Positions 29,316-39,106 are shown, counted from the stretch's first letter. The stretch is 43,559 nucleotides of DNA from Chloroflexota bacterium (GCA_009840135.1 VXOH01000011.1:6559-50117), one strand, 5' to 3'. The notes: generated by a model from the letters alone, not told the origin. Translations and numbers: made by a program.

Positions 29316-30636
29316 AGCAAGGGAAGACAACCGGGAACGGGCCGCAGCCGGCGGAATACCCTTCGGCCCGCTGCAAGGCCTCAAGGTCCTGGATTTGTCC
29401 ATAATCGTGGCCGGCGGCACCGCCAGCAGCCTGTTGGCGGACTTCGGGGCCGACGTTGTCAAGGTTGAACGCCCCGGCAGCGGCGACCCCCTGCGTAACT
29501 GGGGACCCTTCGCCAACGGAGTCTCCCTCTGGTGGAAGGTCCATTCCCGAAACAAAAAATCCTTGACCCTTGATCTGGGCAAGAGGGAAGGTCAAGCCCT
29601 GCTGCTGGAACTGGCCGCCCAGGCGGACGTGCTTATCGAGGGCTTTCGACCCGGGACCCTGGAAAGGTGGAACCTGGGGCCTCAGCAGCTCCACGAAGCA
29701 AACCCCGGCCTGGTCATACTGCGCTTCTCCGGTTTTGGCCAGAGCGGCCCTTACCGCGATCGGCCAGGATTCGGGACCATCGCCGAGTGCATGAGCGGCT
29801 ACATCGCCATGACCGGTTTTCCCGAAACCCCGCCGGTCTTGCCCCCCATACCGCTGGCCGACGAAATCGCGGGTGTCTTCGGGGCCATGGCTGGCATGAT
29901 GGCTCTTTATCGCCGCGAAACGGCGCCGAGTGAAATGGCAGCAGGCGAATCGGTAGCAGGCGATACGGAGCAAGGTGACACGGACGGCGATACGGCCATA
30001 CCAAAAAGGCGTGCTGGTGGCCAGGTAATTGACCTCAGCCTATTCGAGCCACTCTTCAGGCTGTGCATCCCGCACTTGCCCATGTATGACCTGCTGGGAA
30101 TCGTCCGGGAGCGGGTAGGCAACGACTTTCCTGATGCCGCTCCTCGAAGCCTGTATCGAACGGGCGACCAGCGCTGGCTGGGCCTGTCCGCCACCTCCCA
30201 AAGTACCTGGGAAGCCCTGGCCCAGGCCATGGGCCTGTCCCATCTTCTCGATGATGACCGGTTCGGGAACAATGCCGCACGGCTGGAAAACAAGGATGCG
30301 CTCAACGAGGAACTGCAGGGTTGGCTGGGCGACCGGCCGCTGGACCAAATCCTGGAGAAGCTGGTGCCGGCCGGCGGCGTGGTCGGGCCGGTTTACGACA
30401 GTTCTCAAATAATCAACGACCCTCATTACCGTGAGCGCGAGGACGTGCTGGAGATAGACGACCCGGACTTGGGCCGCACCATAATGCCCGGTGTGGTTCC
30501 CAAGTTCACTGCAACTCCAGGCGCCGTGGAATATGGTGGTCCCCGACTTGGGGAGCACAACTCGCAGGTGCTCGGAAATTGGCTGGACTACGACCAGGAA
30601 AGGATTCAGGCACTGGAAGACTCGGGTGTCATTTAG
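29305..30636 (+). CDS. CaiB/BaiF family III CoA-transferase
   Basis: PLQGLKVLDL, LADFGADVVKVE, RNKKSLTLDL, FRPGTLE and GFGQSGPY. Confidence 0.92.
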   Translation: MQAEAREDNRERAAAGGIPFGPLQGLKVLDLSIIVAGGTASSLLADFGADVVKVERPGSGDPLRNWGPFANGVSLWWKVHSRNKKSLTLDLGKREGQALLLELAAQADVLIEGFRPGTLERWNLGPQQLHEANPGLVILRFSGFGQSGPYRDRPGFGTIAECMSGYIAMTGFPETPPVLPPIPLADEIAGVFGAMAGMMALYRRETAPSEMAAGESVAGDTEQGDTDGDTAIPKRRAGGQVIDLSLFEPLFRLCIPHLPMYDLLGIVRERVGNDFPDAAPRSLYRTGDQRWLGLSATSQSTWEALAQAMGLSHLLDDDRFGNNAARLENKDALNEELQGWLGDRPLDQILEKLVPAGGVVGPVYDSSQIINDPHYREREDVLEIDDPDLGRTIMPGVVPKFTATPGAVEYGGPRLGEHNSQVLGNWLDYDQERIQALEDSGVI

Positions 30637-30711
30637 GAAAGTTCCGAAAATTCTCGTTTCCGCTCAGTCCGGAACCGGGGGTTGCAACCGTAACAGAAGG
30701 AGTGGGAACCC

Positions 30712-31323
30712 TTGCCATCCACGAGGCTGCTCATTGCTACCCACAACCAGGGAAAGGTGCAGGAGTTCCGACACTTGCTCGATGACTTACCCCTGGAGTT
30801 GGTCTCCCTGAACGACCTGGGAATCTCCGAGGACGTTGAGGAAACCGGCAGCACCTTTTTGGAAAACGCCTGGCTCAAGGCTCGCACTTATTCCAGAATT
30901 GGGGGCATCCTGACCTTGTCCGATGATTCCGGCCTGGAGGTGGATGCCCTGGGCGGACAGCCGGGCATTCATTCCGCCCGTTACGGCGGCGAGGCCTGCA
31001 GGAACGATGAAGACCGGCTTTCCCTGCTGCTGTCCAACATGAAAGACGTACCCTGGCCCCGCAGGACGGCGCGATTCCGGTGCTGCATCGCAATTTGTCA
31101 ACCGGAGGGCGCGGAGCTTTCGGTGGTAGGCTCAGTGGCCGGAATGATACAATACGAACCGAAGGGATCCGAAGGGTTTGGCTACGATCCGGTGTTTTAT
31201 CTGCCTTCCTTTGCACGGACGATGTCGGAACTTTCAATGGAAATCAAGAACCGGATCAGTCACCGGGGCGACGCGACCGTTCGGGCAGTCAGGGCGCTGG
31301 ACAGGCTAATGGCACGGTCTTAG
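30712..31323 (+). CDS. rdgB: Non-canonical purine NTP pyrophosphatase (HAM1/RdgB)
   Basis: ATHNQGKVQE, DDSGLEVDAL, PGIHSARY, GFGYDPVF and KNRISHRG. Confidence 0.95.
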   Translation: MPSTRLLIATHNQGKVQEFRHLLDDLPLELVSLNDLGISEDVEETGSTFLENAWLKARTYSRIGGILTLSDDSGLEVDALGGQPGIHSARYGGEACRNDEDRLSLLLSNMKDVPWPRRTARFRCCIAICQPEGAELSVVGSVAGMIQYEPKGSEGFGYDPVFYLPSFARTMSELSMEIKNRISHRGDATVRAVRALDRLMARS

Positions 31324-31358
31324 CGACCCGCACAAGTCCCAATTCTTAGCGCTGAATT

Positions 31359-32381
31359 TTGCAAGTGGCAATAACCGATTTACTGGGACGTTCCCTGAAA
31401 GACTTGAGAATTTCGGTCACCGACCGGTGCAATTTCCGTTGCACCTATTGCATGCCGGCTGAAATTTTTGGCGAGAGTTACCAGTTCCTTCCCAAGGACG
31501 AGATACTCACTTTTGAAGAGATAGCCCGGTTAGCCAGGCTTTTCGTTTCCCTGGGAGTCAATAAGCTTCGAATAACCGGCGGTGAGCCGCTGCTGCGCAC
31601 GGATCTACCAAACCTTGTGTCAATGCTCTCAAGCATTGATCCATCCCTAGACCTCACCTTAACCACTAACGCCTACCTGCTGCCGCAGCAGGCCGTGTCC
31701 TTGAGGGAAGCTGGCCTGAAGCGGGTTACGGTGAGCCTCGATGCCCTGGACGACGAAGTTTTCAAGCAAATGAACGGTCGGGGATTCCCGGTGCAGCGGG
31801 TGTTGGATGGAATAGAAAAGGCGGCCGAGGTCGGGCTGACACCCATCAAGATTAATGCGGTAGTCCAGAAGGGCGTCAATGACCACTGCGTCGTTGACCT
31901 GGCCCGATACTTCAAGGAAGCCGGTCATATTGTCCGCTTCATTGAGTACATGGATGTGGGCAACCGCAACGGATGGAAATGGGACCACGTGGTATCGGCG
32001 GCAGAAATCGTCGAATCCATTGGCGCCGAGCTGCCCCTGGAGCCGGTGGACAGCAACTATGCGGGTGAGGTGGCCAACCGCTACCGGTACCTGGACGGCA
32101 GCGGCGAGATTGGCGTGATTGCCTCCGTTACCAAGCCTTTCTGCGGAGATTGTACTCGCGCCAGGCTTTCCACCGATGGAAAACTTTACACTTGCCTGTT
32201 TGCATCCGGTGGCCTGGACTTGAGGGATGCAATGCGTTCGGGAGCAACCGACGACGAGCTGGTCGAGCGCATAACCGGTATCTGGAACCGCAGAGCCGAC
32301 CGTTATTCGGAAGAACGTACCGAATTGGCCCCTCTCCAGAACCGCCGTCAAAAGGTAGAAATGTACCATATCGGCGGATAG
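31359..32381 (+). CDS. moaA: GTP 3',8-cyclase (radical SAM)
   Basis: LRISVTDRCNFRCTYCMP, FCGDCTRARL...TCLF and C-terminal IGG. Confidence 0.97.
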   Translation: MQVAITDLLGRSLKDLRISVTDRCNFRCTYCMPAEIFGESYQFLPKDEILTFEEIARLARLFVSLGVNKLRITGGEPLLRTDLPNLVSMLSSIDPSLDLTLTTNAYLLPQQAVSLREAGLKRVTVSLDALDDEVFKQMNGRGFPVQRVLDGIEKAAEVGLTPIKINAVVQKGVNDHCVVDLARYFKEAGHIVRFIEYMDVGNRNGWKWDHVVSAAEIVESIGAELPLEPVDSNYAGEVANRYRYLDGSGEIGVIASVTKPFCGDCTRARLSTDGKLYTCLFASGGLDLRDAMRSGATDDELVERITGIWNRRADRYSEERTELAPLQNRRQKVEMYHIGG

Positions 32382-32495
32382 CTGCATCGGCGATGACGGC
32401 TCCTGGCCCGCCGAATGGCAATGGAGCCCTGGCGCCACCATTAGATTTCAGGAATACTCGTCGGACACATTCTTACTTACGCCGGGGGGCAACCC

Positions 32496-32777
32496 ATGAT
32501 AAAGGACTCGACCATGCAGGAGTTGTGGGCGGCGGTTGAGGAGATCCGGCAAAGGATTGAAACCCTGGAGCAGGGTGACAATTCCCTGGGGGAAGTAGCC
32601 GGGGAGATAAAGCTGGATCTTGTAGCCAGCGTGACATCGAACCGCAAGACCTTTCACTTGCGGGGCTGCAAGTTCACCAAGGGATTCATGGCGATAGAAG
32701 GCGGTTACAGGGAGTTTGGGACTCACGATGAAGCGGTGAGCGCTGGCCTCGTGCCCTGCAAAATCTGCTGGTCTTGA
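32496..32777 (+). CDS. Small protein: N-terminal coiled coil plus Ada-type metal-binding-like domain
   Basis: FHLRGC...F.THDEAVSAGLVPCKIC resembles the Ada Zn-binding-like motif. Same strand, between moaA and moaC. Confidence 0.6.
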   Translation: MIKDSTMQELWAAVEEIRQRIETLEQGDNSLGEVAGEIKLDLVASVTSNRKTFHLRGCKFTKGFMAIEGGYREFGTHDEAVSAGLVPCKICWS

Positions 32778-32863
32778 ACTCCGAGATTTTACGCCCTGCC
32801 GGGCTCCCTGATTCCCACTAATCGCAAGTTACTTTTCCGGTTCACCGGATTAGGAGACACCTA

Positions 32864-33376
32864 ATGACCATTTCCAGCGACCAGCAAATTCCCGGGGTAT
32901 CCCCTGCTTTGACGCACCTGGACGAGCAGGGCAGAGCAAAGATGGTGGACGTGGGCTGGAAGCCCGTCACCGACCGGGAGGCGGTTGCCCGGGGTCATGT
33001 GCAGATGCTGCCTGAAACCCTGCGTCTCATCATGGAAGGCCAGGTCAAGAAAGGGGATGTCTTCACCATTGCGCAACTGGCGGGGATCATGGGAGCCAAG
33101 CGGACCTCCGAATTGATCCCCTTGTGCCATCCGTTGCCCTTGAACAAGGTTGATGTGGAACTCGAGGCCGACGAGGCCAACTGTCGCGTAAACATAACCG
33201 CCACCGCCAGCACTTCGGGCAAGACCGGGGTGGAAATGGAGGCCCTGACCGCGGTTTCCATAGCGGCACTGTCGGTTTACGATATGTGCAAGGCGGTTGA
33301 CCGGGGTATGCAGATTGGATCAGTCCGTTTGGCCAGCAAACGCGGGGGCCAAAGCGGCGACATTGACCTGGAATAA
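32864..33376 (+). CDS. moaC: Cyclic pyranopterin monophosphate synthase
   Basis: [25 protein letters not shown] and YDMCKAVD. Confidence 0.97.
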   Translation: MTISSDQQIPGVSPALTHLDEQGRAKMVDVGWKPVTDREAVARGHVQMLPETLRLIMEGQVKKGDVFTIAQLAGIMGAKRTSELIPLCHPLPLNKVDVELEADEANCRVNITATASTSGKTGVEMEALTAVSIAALSVYDMCKAVDRGMQIGSVRLASKRGGQSGDIDLE

Positions 33377-33404
33377 GCCAGGCTCAGTCTTACTGGAAGG
33401 CTCT

Positions 33405-33797
33405 TCACCTCCCTCGTCTCCTTAGCTCCTCTGACAGCAGAGCTATCGCCGTATCTGCATAGACCAAGTACTCCAGGGGCGTCAGTTCCAGGGGTTGGAA
33501 TACCTCGACCTGGTCCGCCTCAATAACGCCCGCCAGACCACCTACCGACGTTACATCCAGTTGGCATATCTGGCCTTCCGGGTCCACCACTACGCAGCCC
33601 AGGTCTCGTAACGGCTTGAAGGGCGGTTCCAGTTCGATAGCCTGCACCGACACCATGCCCATGAAGGCGGGAAAGGGGCGAAGGCTTCGGGCCAACGCCA
33701 CCAGCGCCGCTTCCAGTCGAGCTCCGGCGTCGCCAAGTGCTTCGGGCGCCTCTCTCTCCAGGTGTTCGGCAGTTGTTTCGTTTATGTCCTGGTTCAA
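33405..33797 (-). CDS. Hypothetical protein
   Basis: The C-terminal part looks protein-like (FPAFMGMVSVQAIELEP...GCVVV). The ORF-track N-terminus runs through the MITE-like element, so a TTG start at 33797 is suggested. Confidence 0.6.
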   Translation of the reverse strand: MNQDINETTAEHLEREAPEALGDAGARLEAALVALARSLRPFPAFMGMVSVQAIELEPPFKPLRDLGCVVVDPEGQICQLDVTSVGGLAGVIEADQVEVFQPLELTPLEYLVYADTAIALLSEELRRRGR

Positions 33798-33877
33798 ATT
33801 CCGAGTTAAACCCCTGAAAGAATTCAGGATATCTCCGTCTAATTTTTGACAGGGCGGTAAAGTAGTCCATTGGGCCG

Positions 33878-34028
33878 CTAGTGGACCGTCCGCTTTGAAA
33901 TTATGGGTGGAAAAGGTACTTCGCCTTTCCAGCTTGGAATGGAGGTCAAGAAGTCTCGCGAACTTCCCGCCTGCGCGGGAACGACGGTTAAACCCCAACC
34001 CATCACTTCAATTCCGATCGACTACTAG
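33878..34028 (+). mobile_element. CTAG-bounded MITE-like element, copy B (151 bp)
   Basis: CTAG at both ends. Imperfect terminal inverted repeats CTAGTGGACCGTCCGCTTTGAAATTATGGGT / ACCCATCACTTCAATTCCGATCGACTACTAG. Internal TTCCCGCCTGCGCGGGAA. Colinear with 1413-1563. Confidence 0.75.
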
Positions 34029-34250
34029 CGGCTAAACTTTCCATTGCCTCCGGGGACATTTTTTCAACGGGTTCAGGATGATAGAATTTGTGACGCTCGG
34101 CCAAACTTCGCTTTTCGTCCCATTTGTTTGCAGGCGGCTTTTCGTATCAGATGGTCCAGTGGGGAAATTGCCAGGGGCAGGCCATGTGTATCCTGCCTGA
34201 GCCGACGGCAATTCACCCTCAACAGAACCCTGGCAAGCTGGCAATCCCAA

Positions 34251-34280
34251 TTGACAGCTTTGGACTGGCCCGTTTACTAT
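34251..34280 (+). promoter_or_regulatory. Sigma70 promoter for the tRNA
   Basis: TTGACA (34251-34256), 18-nt spacer, TACTAT (34275-34280). Confidence 0.65.
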
Positions 34281-34327
34281 ATTTGTCCGAGGCGACACTT
34301 GGCGGCTGGTCGGTGCGTCTCCCAGGT

Positions 34328-34402
34328 GGCGACGTAGCTCAGTGGCAGAGCGGGCGCTTCATAAGCGCTAGGTCGTTGGTTCGAATCCATCCGTCGCCAC
34401 CA
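34328..34402 (+). tRNA. tRNA-Met (CAT), probably elongator
   Basis: Acceptor stem GGCGACG/CGTCGCC with encoded ACCA, D-arm GCTC/GAGC, anticodon loop TTCATAA and T-loop TTCGAAT. G1-C72 is paired, so it is not an initiator. Ile2 is not fully excluded. Confidence 0.93.
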
Positions 34403-34498
34403 GCCTCATGCTCCGCCGTTCCCACCCCTTGATTTCCGGTTGATCTCATTCACAATCAACCTGCCCTGATTAGACCTCTCATTAAGGAAACCGTCGCA

Positions 34499-34837
34499 AT
34501 GGCTTCATATTTGCGCCCGGGCTTGACTATATCCGAAGCCAGTCACATCTGCATGAATGTGTGCCGCGCCATGTGTTGCCGGGGGCCGCTGCTGCTAGAA
34601 CTCCTTCCCCAGGAATTGCGGGCTTTTGAAGAGCACGCCCGCAGGCTCGACGTTAGCTTGGAAGTCCACAGGGCCGATGACGGCAGGGGCTGGCTCAGGT
34701 TCGCCGACCATCCAGGTGAAAAATGCCCTATGCTGAATCCCGTGACTTTCCGATGCAGCATCTACGATGACCGGCCCGCGAGATGCCGGGAATTTCCTGA
34801 AAAGGAAACCCCAGGCTGCCAGATCTCCGGCGGATAG
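34499..34837 (+). CDS. YkgJ family cysteine-cluster protein
   Basis: CMNVCRAMCC, CPML...CSIYDDRPARCREFP. Confidence 0.85.
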   Translation: MASYLRPGLTISEASHICMNVCRAMCCRGPLLLELLPQELRAFEEHARRLDVSLEVHRADDGRGWLRFADHPGEKCPMLNPVTFRCSIYDDRPARCREFPEKETPGCQISGG

Positions 34838-34923
34838 CCTGGGGTAAGACCGCTTTCCTGTTTCTCCGGGTTGAGCAGGACTGAGCCCACCCATTGCGGG
34901 GGCATGGGGGCGAAGAAAGTGAG

Positions 34924-35832
34924 CTATTGCCCCTCTTCGTCATCCATCTGCTGGCCCAGTTCGTCGAGGAACCTTTCAATCTCCGGGGAAAGGCTGACTT
35001 CCGACGGGGCCGCCTCGTCCTTCGAATCTTCCTCGTCCTGCTGGGCATCGTAGTAGGCTTCCATCTGCTGAATCAGGGACTTTAGCTCTGAGTTCCGCTC
35101 TACGGCAGAGGTCAACTCGCGGTACTGGCGTTGACCCCGGCGCACGGGCGCCAGGTCGGCCGGGATATTTGGGTACACGGAAGACAGGCATTCGATCATG
35201 CGCGAGGCGCCTGTAAAGTCCTCTTCCAACTGCAGGTATTGGGGCAAATGGACCATAAAGTTGATGGTCTCGATGCCCAGCCGGTCAATGCCCTCGGACA
35301 CCAGGTTCATTATGGTTGTGGGGCCCTGGTAGTTGCTGCTCCGCAGTTTGAGGTTTGGAACCGACTTGTTCTGGGTGACGTTGCCCAGGGAGCCCGTAAC
35401 CAGCAGAGGACGCGTATGAGGCACCGCGTCGTACATGGCGCCCAGCCTGCAATAGCGCTTCACGCCGAAGTATTCGACCACCTGGAGAATGGAGTCGGTA
35501 TAGTCTTCGCTGCTGGCGTGGGGTTCCATCATGTGGAGAAACAGGTAGTCGGGGCCCTCTTCCGAGCTGGCATACCTGAGGTTGCTGTTGGGAATGGTGA
35601 CTCTTCGTTCACCTTGGACCAGGCGAATGTTGGGCCTGTACCTGGTGAAGTCGAAAAAATTGCCTGGGCGGGCCAGTTTTCCCAGTTCTTTTGACCCGAG
35701 AAAACGCTCCAGGCGGCTCAGGGTCAAGGTGCCCACGCTGCCCACATCCACCCAGGGCCGAATCATGGCAAAAGCATGAGGGTCTTTCAGTTCGGGGACC
35801 GGTTCCGTTATTTCAAAAGCGCCTATCTTCAT
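34924..35832 (-). CDS. PAC2 family (proteasome assembly chaperone-like) protein
   Basis: WVDVGSVG, FFDFTRYRP, LGA..DAVPHTRP, YQGPT and HLPQY, plus an acidic tail with EIERFL. Start placed at ATG 35832. Confidence 0.85.
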   Translation of the reverse strand: MKIGAFEITEPVPELKDPHAFAMIRPWVDVGSVGTLTLSRLERFLGSKELGKLARPGNFFDFTRYRPNIRLVQGERRVTIPNSNLRYASSEEGPDYLFLHMMEPHASSEDYTDSILQVVEYFGVKRYCRLGAMYDAVPHTRPLLVTGSLGNVTQNKSVPNLKLRSSNYQGPTTIMNLVSEGIDRLGIETINFMVHLPQYLQLEEDFTGASRMIECLSSVYPNIPADLAPVRRGQRQYRELTSAVERNSELKSLIQQMEAYYDAQQDEEDSKDEAAPSEVSLSPEIERFLDELGQQMDDEEGQ

Positions 35833-36015
35833 ACCCACATATTGCCAGAAATACCAGGGCGATTCAACCCGCCTCGCAAGACAAGCAAATCCTGGCGACA
35901 AGACTTGGCCACAATCCAAACAGCCATTCTTACATACGTCCCAGACCTGGACAGTTCGCCCCGGAGAGGAAGAGGCGGGCGCTTAACTGGCGATTCCATA
36001 GGGAGCCAGGCTCCG

Positions 36016-36313
36016 CTTGTGGACCATCCGGATTGCATTGATGGGTGGCCACGGTGTTTCGCCTTTTCAGCCTGGAACACAGTTAAGGCAGGAATAAGGG
36101 GTTGCACGATGTTCCGTTCGTGGTGAGCTTGTCGAACCACAGTACGGTGGCCCTTCGACAGGCTCAGGGCGAACGGGTCTTTTCCTGTCATTACGAGCTT
36201 GACTGAGTACCGGACCAGAAATCAAGAAGTCTCGCGATCCGCCTGAGGCGGACGCCTTCGCAGGAACGTCGGTTATATCACAAGCAGTCACATCAATAGC
36301 GACTGACTACCAG
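36016..36313 (+). mobile_element. Expanded, degenerate MITE-like copy C with nested repeats
   Basis: The left part (CTTGTGGACCATCCG...TTCGCCTTTTCAGCCTGGAA) and right part (TCAAGAAGTCTCGCG...GACTACCAG) align with copies A and B. The extra interior contains the 36113-36176 hairpin. Confidence 0.7.
36113..36176 (+). repeat. REP-like hairpin (CCCTTCGACAGGCTCAGG type)
   Basis: CGTTCGTGGTGAGCTTGTCGAA...TTCGACAGGCTCAGGGCGAACG is self-complementary. A closely similar inverted copy lies at 39141-39203. Confidence 0.85.
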
Positions 36314-36534
36314 GACATCGTTACATCCAGCCTCCCCTATGACAGGAAAACTGTGCTCCGTTATCTGCCGGCATGACCGACAACGTGGGTTTTCCCTCGG
36401 CCTGTTCTTAACTGGCCCCTTAAACTCCGCTCTGCTTGCGCCTTCGTTACGGCAAAGAGTATTCTTGGCGCCAGCAGCCGAACTTTCCAATAACCCAACT
36501 AAGAGACCAACGGCAGGGAAATTCCTTACCTTCA

Positions 36535-37791
36535 ATGTCCAGCCCCTCTTCTTTCAACCTTCTACGCCGCAGCAGGCTCCGCTATCCGCTGGTCCGGATG
36601 GGCATCGCTTTACGCTACCCCGACTTTCGCGTCCTCTGGCTTTCTACCGTATCCAACCAACTGGGCTGGGGCATGCAGCAGGTGTTATTGGGCTGGCTGG
36701 TCTTCGAAATGACGGGCAACGCCGGCATGGTAGGGGCGATTTTCGCGGCTCGCTCGGCGCCAAACCTGGTGGTGGGACTGGTGGCCGGCTCCATCACTGA
36801 CCGCTTCGACCGGCGCGTGATAATGCGCATCTCCTGTATCGTCATGCTCCTTCTTTCGCTTCTGGCATCCTGGCTGGTTTACCAGGAAAACCTGTCTATA
36901 GTCCTTTTGCTCACGGCGGCGTTTCTGCTGGGCGCCGCCCAGGCCTTCTATATGACGGCCAGGCAGGTTTACGTTTACGACATCGTGGGCGGACACCGCG
37001 CCATAAACGGGATCGCCCTTGTTTCGCTGGCCCAGTGGATCGGCGGTATTATCGGTTCCCTGGCCACCGGGGCCCTCATTGCCTGGCAGGGTCCGGCAGC
37101 AGCCTTCCTGTTGATGGGCATCACCTACGGCGTTGGCACCGCGATTATGGGGCGGCTGCGTCATGCCGGTACCTCGGCCCCTGTCGAAAGGGAACCTATA
37201 TTCGAGAACCTTCTTAACTACTTCCGTGCGCTGAAGAACAACAGGGCGATGCTCAGCCTCATCATTTCCACGGCCGGCGCTGAAGTCCTGGGATTTTCCC
37301 ACCAGGTTATGCTGCCAATCCTGGCCAAGGAGGTCCTGGGCGTCGGCGCCTTCGGGCTGGGGCTCCTGACCGCTTTCCGGTTCCTCGGCAGCGCCGTCGG
37401 GGTATTTACCGTGGCTGCCATGGAACGCTTCCATCGCAAGGGTCTCATGCTGCTCTGCATCATAGGCGCTTTCGGAATTGGCGAAATACTGCTGGGCCAG
37501 TCTCCCTTTTTTTGGGTAGCGGTGGTCTGCGTCATGTTCATAAATATGCTGGCCTCCGCCACAGATATCCTGCACCACACTTTGCTTCAGCTCAGCGTAT
37601 CCAACGAGCAGAGAGGGAGGGCCATGGGTTCCTGGATATTCGGAATTGGCATGGCCCCGGTGGGACAGCTGGAAGTGGGCTACCTGGCCGGGGAGACCAA
37701 CGCCCGGACAGCCTTGCTGGTGAATGGGGCCGCCTTGATAGTCCTGGCGGTGGTGATGGGCTTCGCCCTGCCCCGGCTGCGTCGGCTCTAA
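36535..37791 (+). CDS. MFS transporter
   Basis: About 12 hydrophobic segments, motif A-like GSITDRFDRR, and EQRGRAMG. Start uncertain (ATG 36535 chosen). Confidence 0.9.
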   Translation: MSSPSSFNLLRRSRLRYPLVRMGIALRYPDFRVLWLSTVSNQLGWGMQQVLLGWLVFEMTGNAGMVGAIFAARSAPNLVVGLVAGSITDRFDRRVIMRISCIVMLLLSLLASWLVYQENLSIVLLLTAAFLLGAAQAFYMTARQVYVYDIVGGHRAINGIALVSLAQWIGGIIGSLATGALIAWQGPAAAFLLMGITYGVGTAIMGRLRHAGTSAPVEREPIFENLLNYFRALKNNRAMLSLIISTAGAEVLGFSHQVMLPILAKEVLGVGAFGLGLLTAFRFLGSAVGVFTVAAMERFHRKGLMLLCIIGAFGIGEILLGQSPFFWVAVVCVMFINMLASATDILHHTLLQLSVSNEQRGRAMGSWIFGIGMAPVGQLEVGYLAGETNARTALLVNGAALIVLAVVMGFALPRLRRL

Positions 37792-37827
37792 GTCTTCCCC
37801 CGCCTTTTCCATTCCCGCCCGATAAAC

Positions 37828-37880
37828 TATAATCCGCCCAGGAACCATCTACCCACAGACAATTTGTCACCCACAGACAA
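37828..37880 (+). promoter_or_regulatory. Putative -10 box and operator-like repeats upstream of the LLM gene
   Basis: TATAAT at 37828-37833. Direct repeat ACCCACAGACAA at 37851-37862 and 37869-37880. Palindrome GACAATTTGTC at 37858-37868. Confidence 0.4.
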
Positions 37881-37912
37881 CCTGCCCAGGAAAAATCCAA
37901 AGGAGGCGCGAC

Positions 37913-39106
37913 GTGATAACCAAGTTTGACAGTCTATATGCGGGCCACGTGGACATGGATGACGTCGGATACGGCGGCACCGCGGTTAATGACCGCTCCT
38001 TTACGGACGAATACCTGGCCACCGCATTCGACAAGGCCCAGGCTGTTGCCCAGACTATGGACCGCCTGGGCTACGACACCATGTGGATGGCCGAGCACCA
38101 CTTCCAGCCCGAGGGCTACGAGTGCATTCCCAACCTGTTGATGCTGAACGTCCACCTGGCCCATCTCACCAAGACCCTGAAGTTTGGATGCGGTTTCAAT
38201 ATCGCTCCAATGTGGAACCCCCTTCGGCTGGCGGAGGATTTTGCCACCGCCGACATCTTAACCAACGGCCGGGTTATTTTTGGCGTCGGCAGGGGTTACC
38301 ACACCCGCGAAGTTGAGACCTTCGGTTCGCCCCTCCTGGACCAGCCCGCTAATCGCGACCTCTTTGAGGAGCAGGTCGAGATTATTCTCAAGTCCTTCAA
38401 CGAGCGTTCCTTTTCCCACCGGGGCAAGAATTACACCATTCCACCGCGTGTCCCATATCGGGGCTACGAACTGGAAGAAATAACCCTGGTTCCCCGGCCC
38501 AAGTACCTGCCCGTAGAGACCTGGCAGCCCATCCAGAGCGCGACGCCCAGGGCGCTGGACTTCATGGCGAAACACGGCATCAAGGGCATGATCGGCGGTG
38601 GGGTTTCCGAGGGTGGCGCCATCTACGATGTAATCGCCGCCTACCGCGATGCCCTGGTGCGGGCCGGCAGGGAAAACGTGCAACTGGGCGAGGACCTGGC
38701 CATCGGTTTCCACTTCTTTCTGGCAGACACCCAGGAAGCCGCCATCAGGCAGGCCGCCAGCTATTACGAAGAAAATCTCAAGATGTTCGGCCCGCTGCGG
38801 CTGGTACGTTCGCTAAGCGACGAGCATATTGAGGCCATGGGCGACCCAAAGAGGGCTCCCACCGCAGGACTGCCCACCATAGAGCGCGCGGTGGAAAGGC
38901 AAGGCTTCCTGTGCGGACCGCCGGAGCTGATCGTGGAGCAACTGAAGGAACTGGAGGAGCAATATCCGGGGCTGGACCGCGTGGGCATGAGTCATCCCGT
39001 CGGCACGCCCGAGAAAGTGATCCTGGAGCAACTGGAATGGTTGGCCCGCGACGTAATGCCCTCCTTCAGCGCCAACGTTGCTGAACCCGTCCCTGCCGAT
39101 GACTAG
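37913..39106 (+). CDS. Luciferase-like (LLM) flavin-dependent oxidoreductase
   Basis: LGYDTMWMAEHHF, WNPLRLAEDFATADILTNGRVIFGVGRGY and GPPE. AGGAGG RBS before the GTG. Confidence 0.92.
   Translation: MITKFDSLYAGHVDMDDVGYGGTAVNDRSFTDEYLATAFDKAQAVAQTMDRLGYDTMWMAEHHFQPEGYECIPNLLMLNVHLAHLTKTLKFGCGFNIAPMWNPLRLAEDFATADILTNGRVIFGVGRGYHTREVETFGSPLLDQPANRDLFEEQVEIILKSFNERSFSHRGKNYTIPPRVPYRGYELEEITLVPRPKYLPVETWQPIQSATPRALDFMAKHGIKGMIGGGVSEGGAIYDVIAAYRDALVRAGRENVQLGEDLAIGFHFFLADTQEAAIRQAASYYEENLKMFGPLRLVRSLSDEHIEAMGDPKRAPTAGLPTIERAVERQGFLCGPPELIVEQLKELEEQYPGLDRVGMSHPVGTPEKVILEQLEWLARDVMPSFSANVAEPVPADD

Noticed and set aside
33798-33998. N-terminal 67 aa of ORF 33405..33998
   Set aside because: The start and most of this extension lie in MITE-like copy B, so it is likely spurious.
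34328-34402. tRNA as an integration site for an island or prophage
   Set aside because: No integrase, phage genes or duplicated tRNA 3' end were seen in the window.
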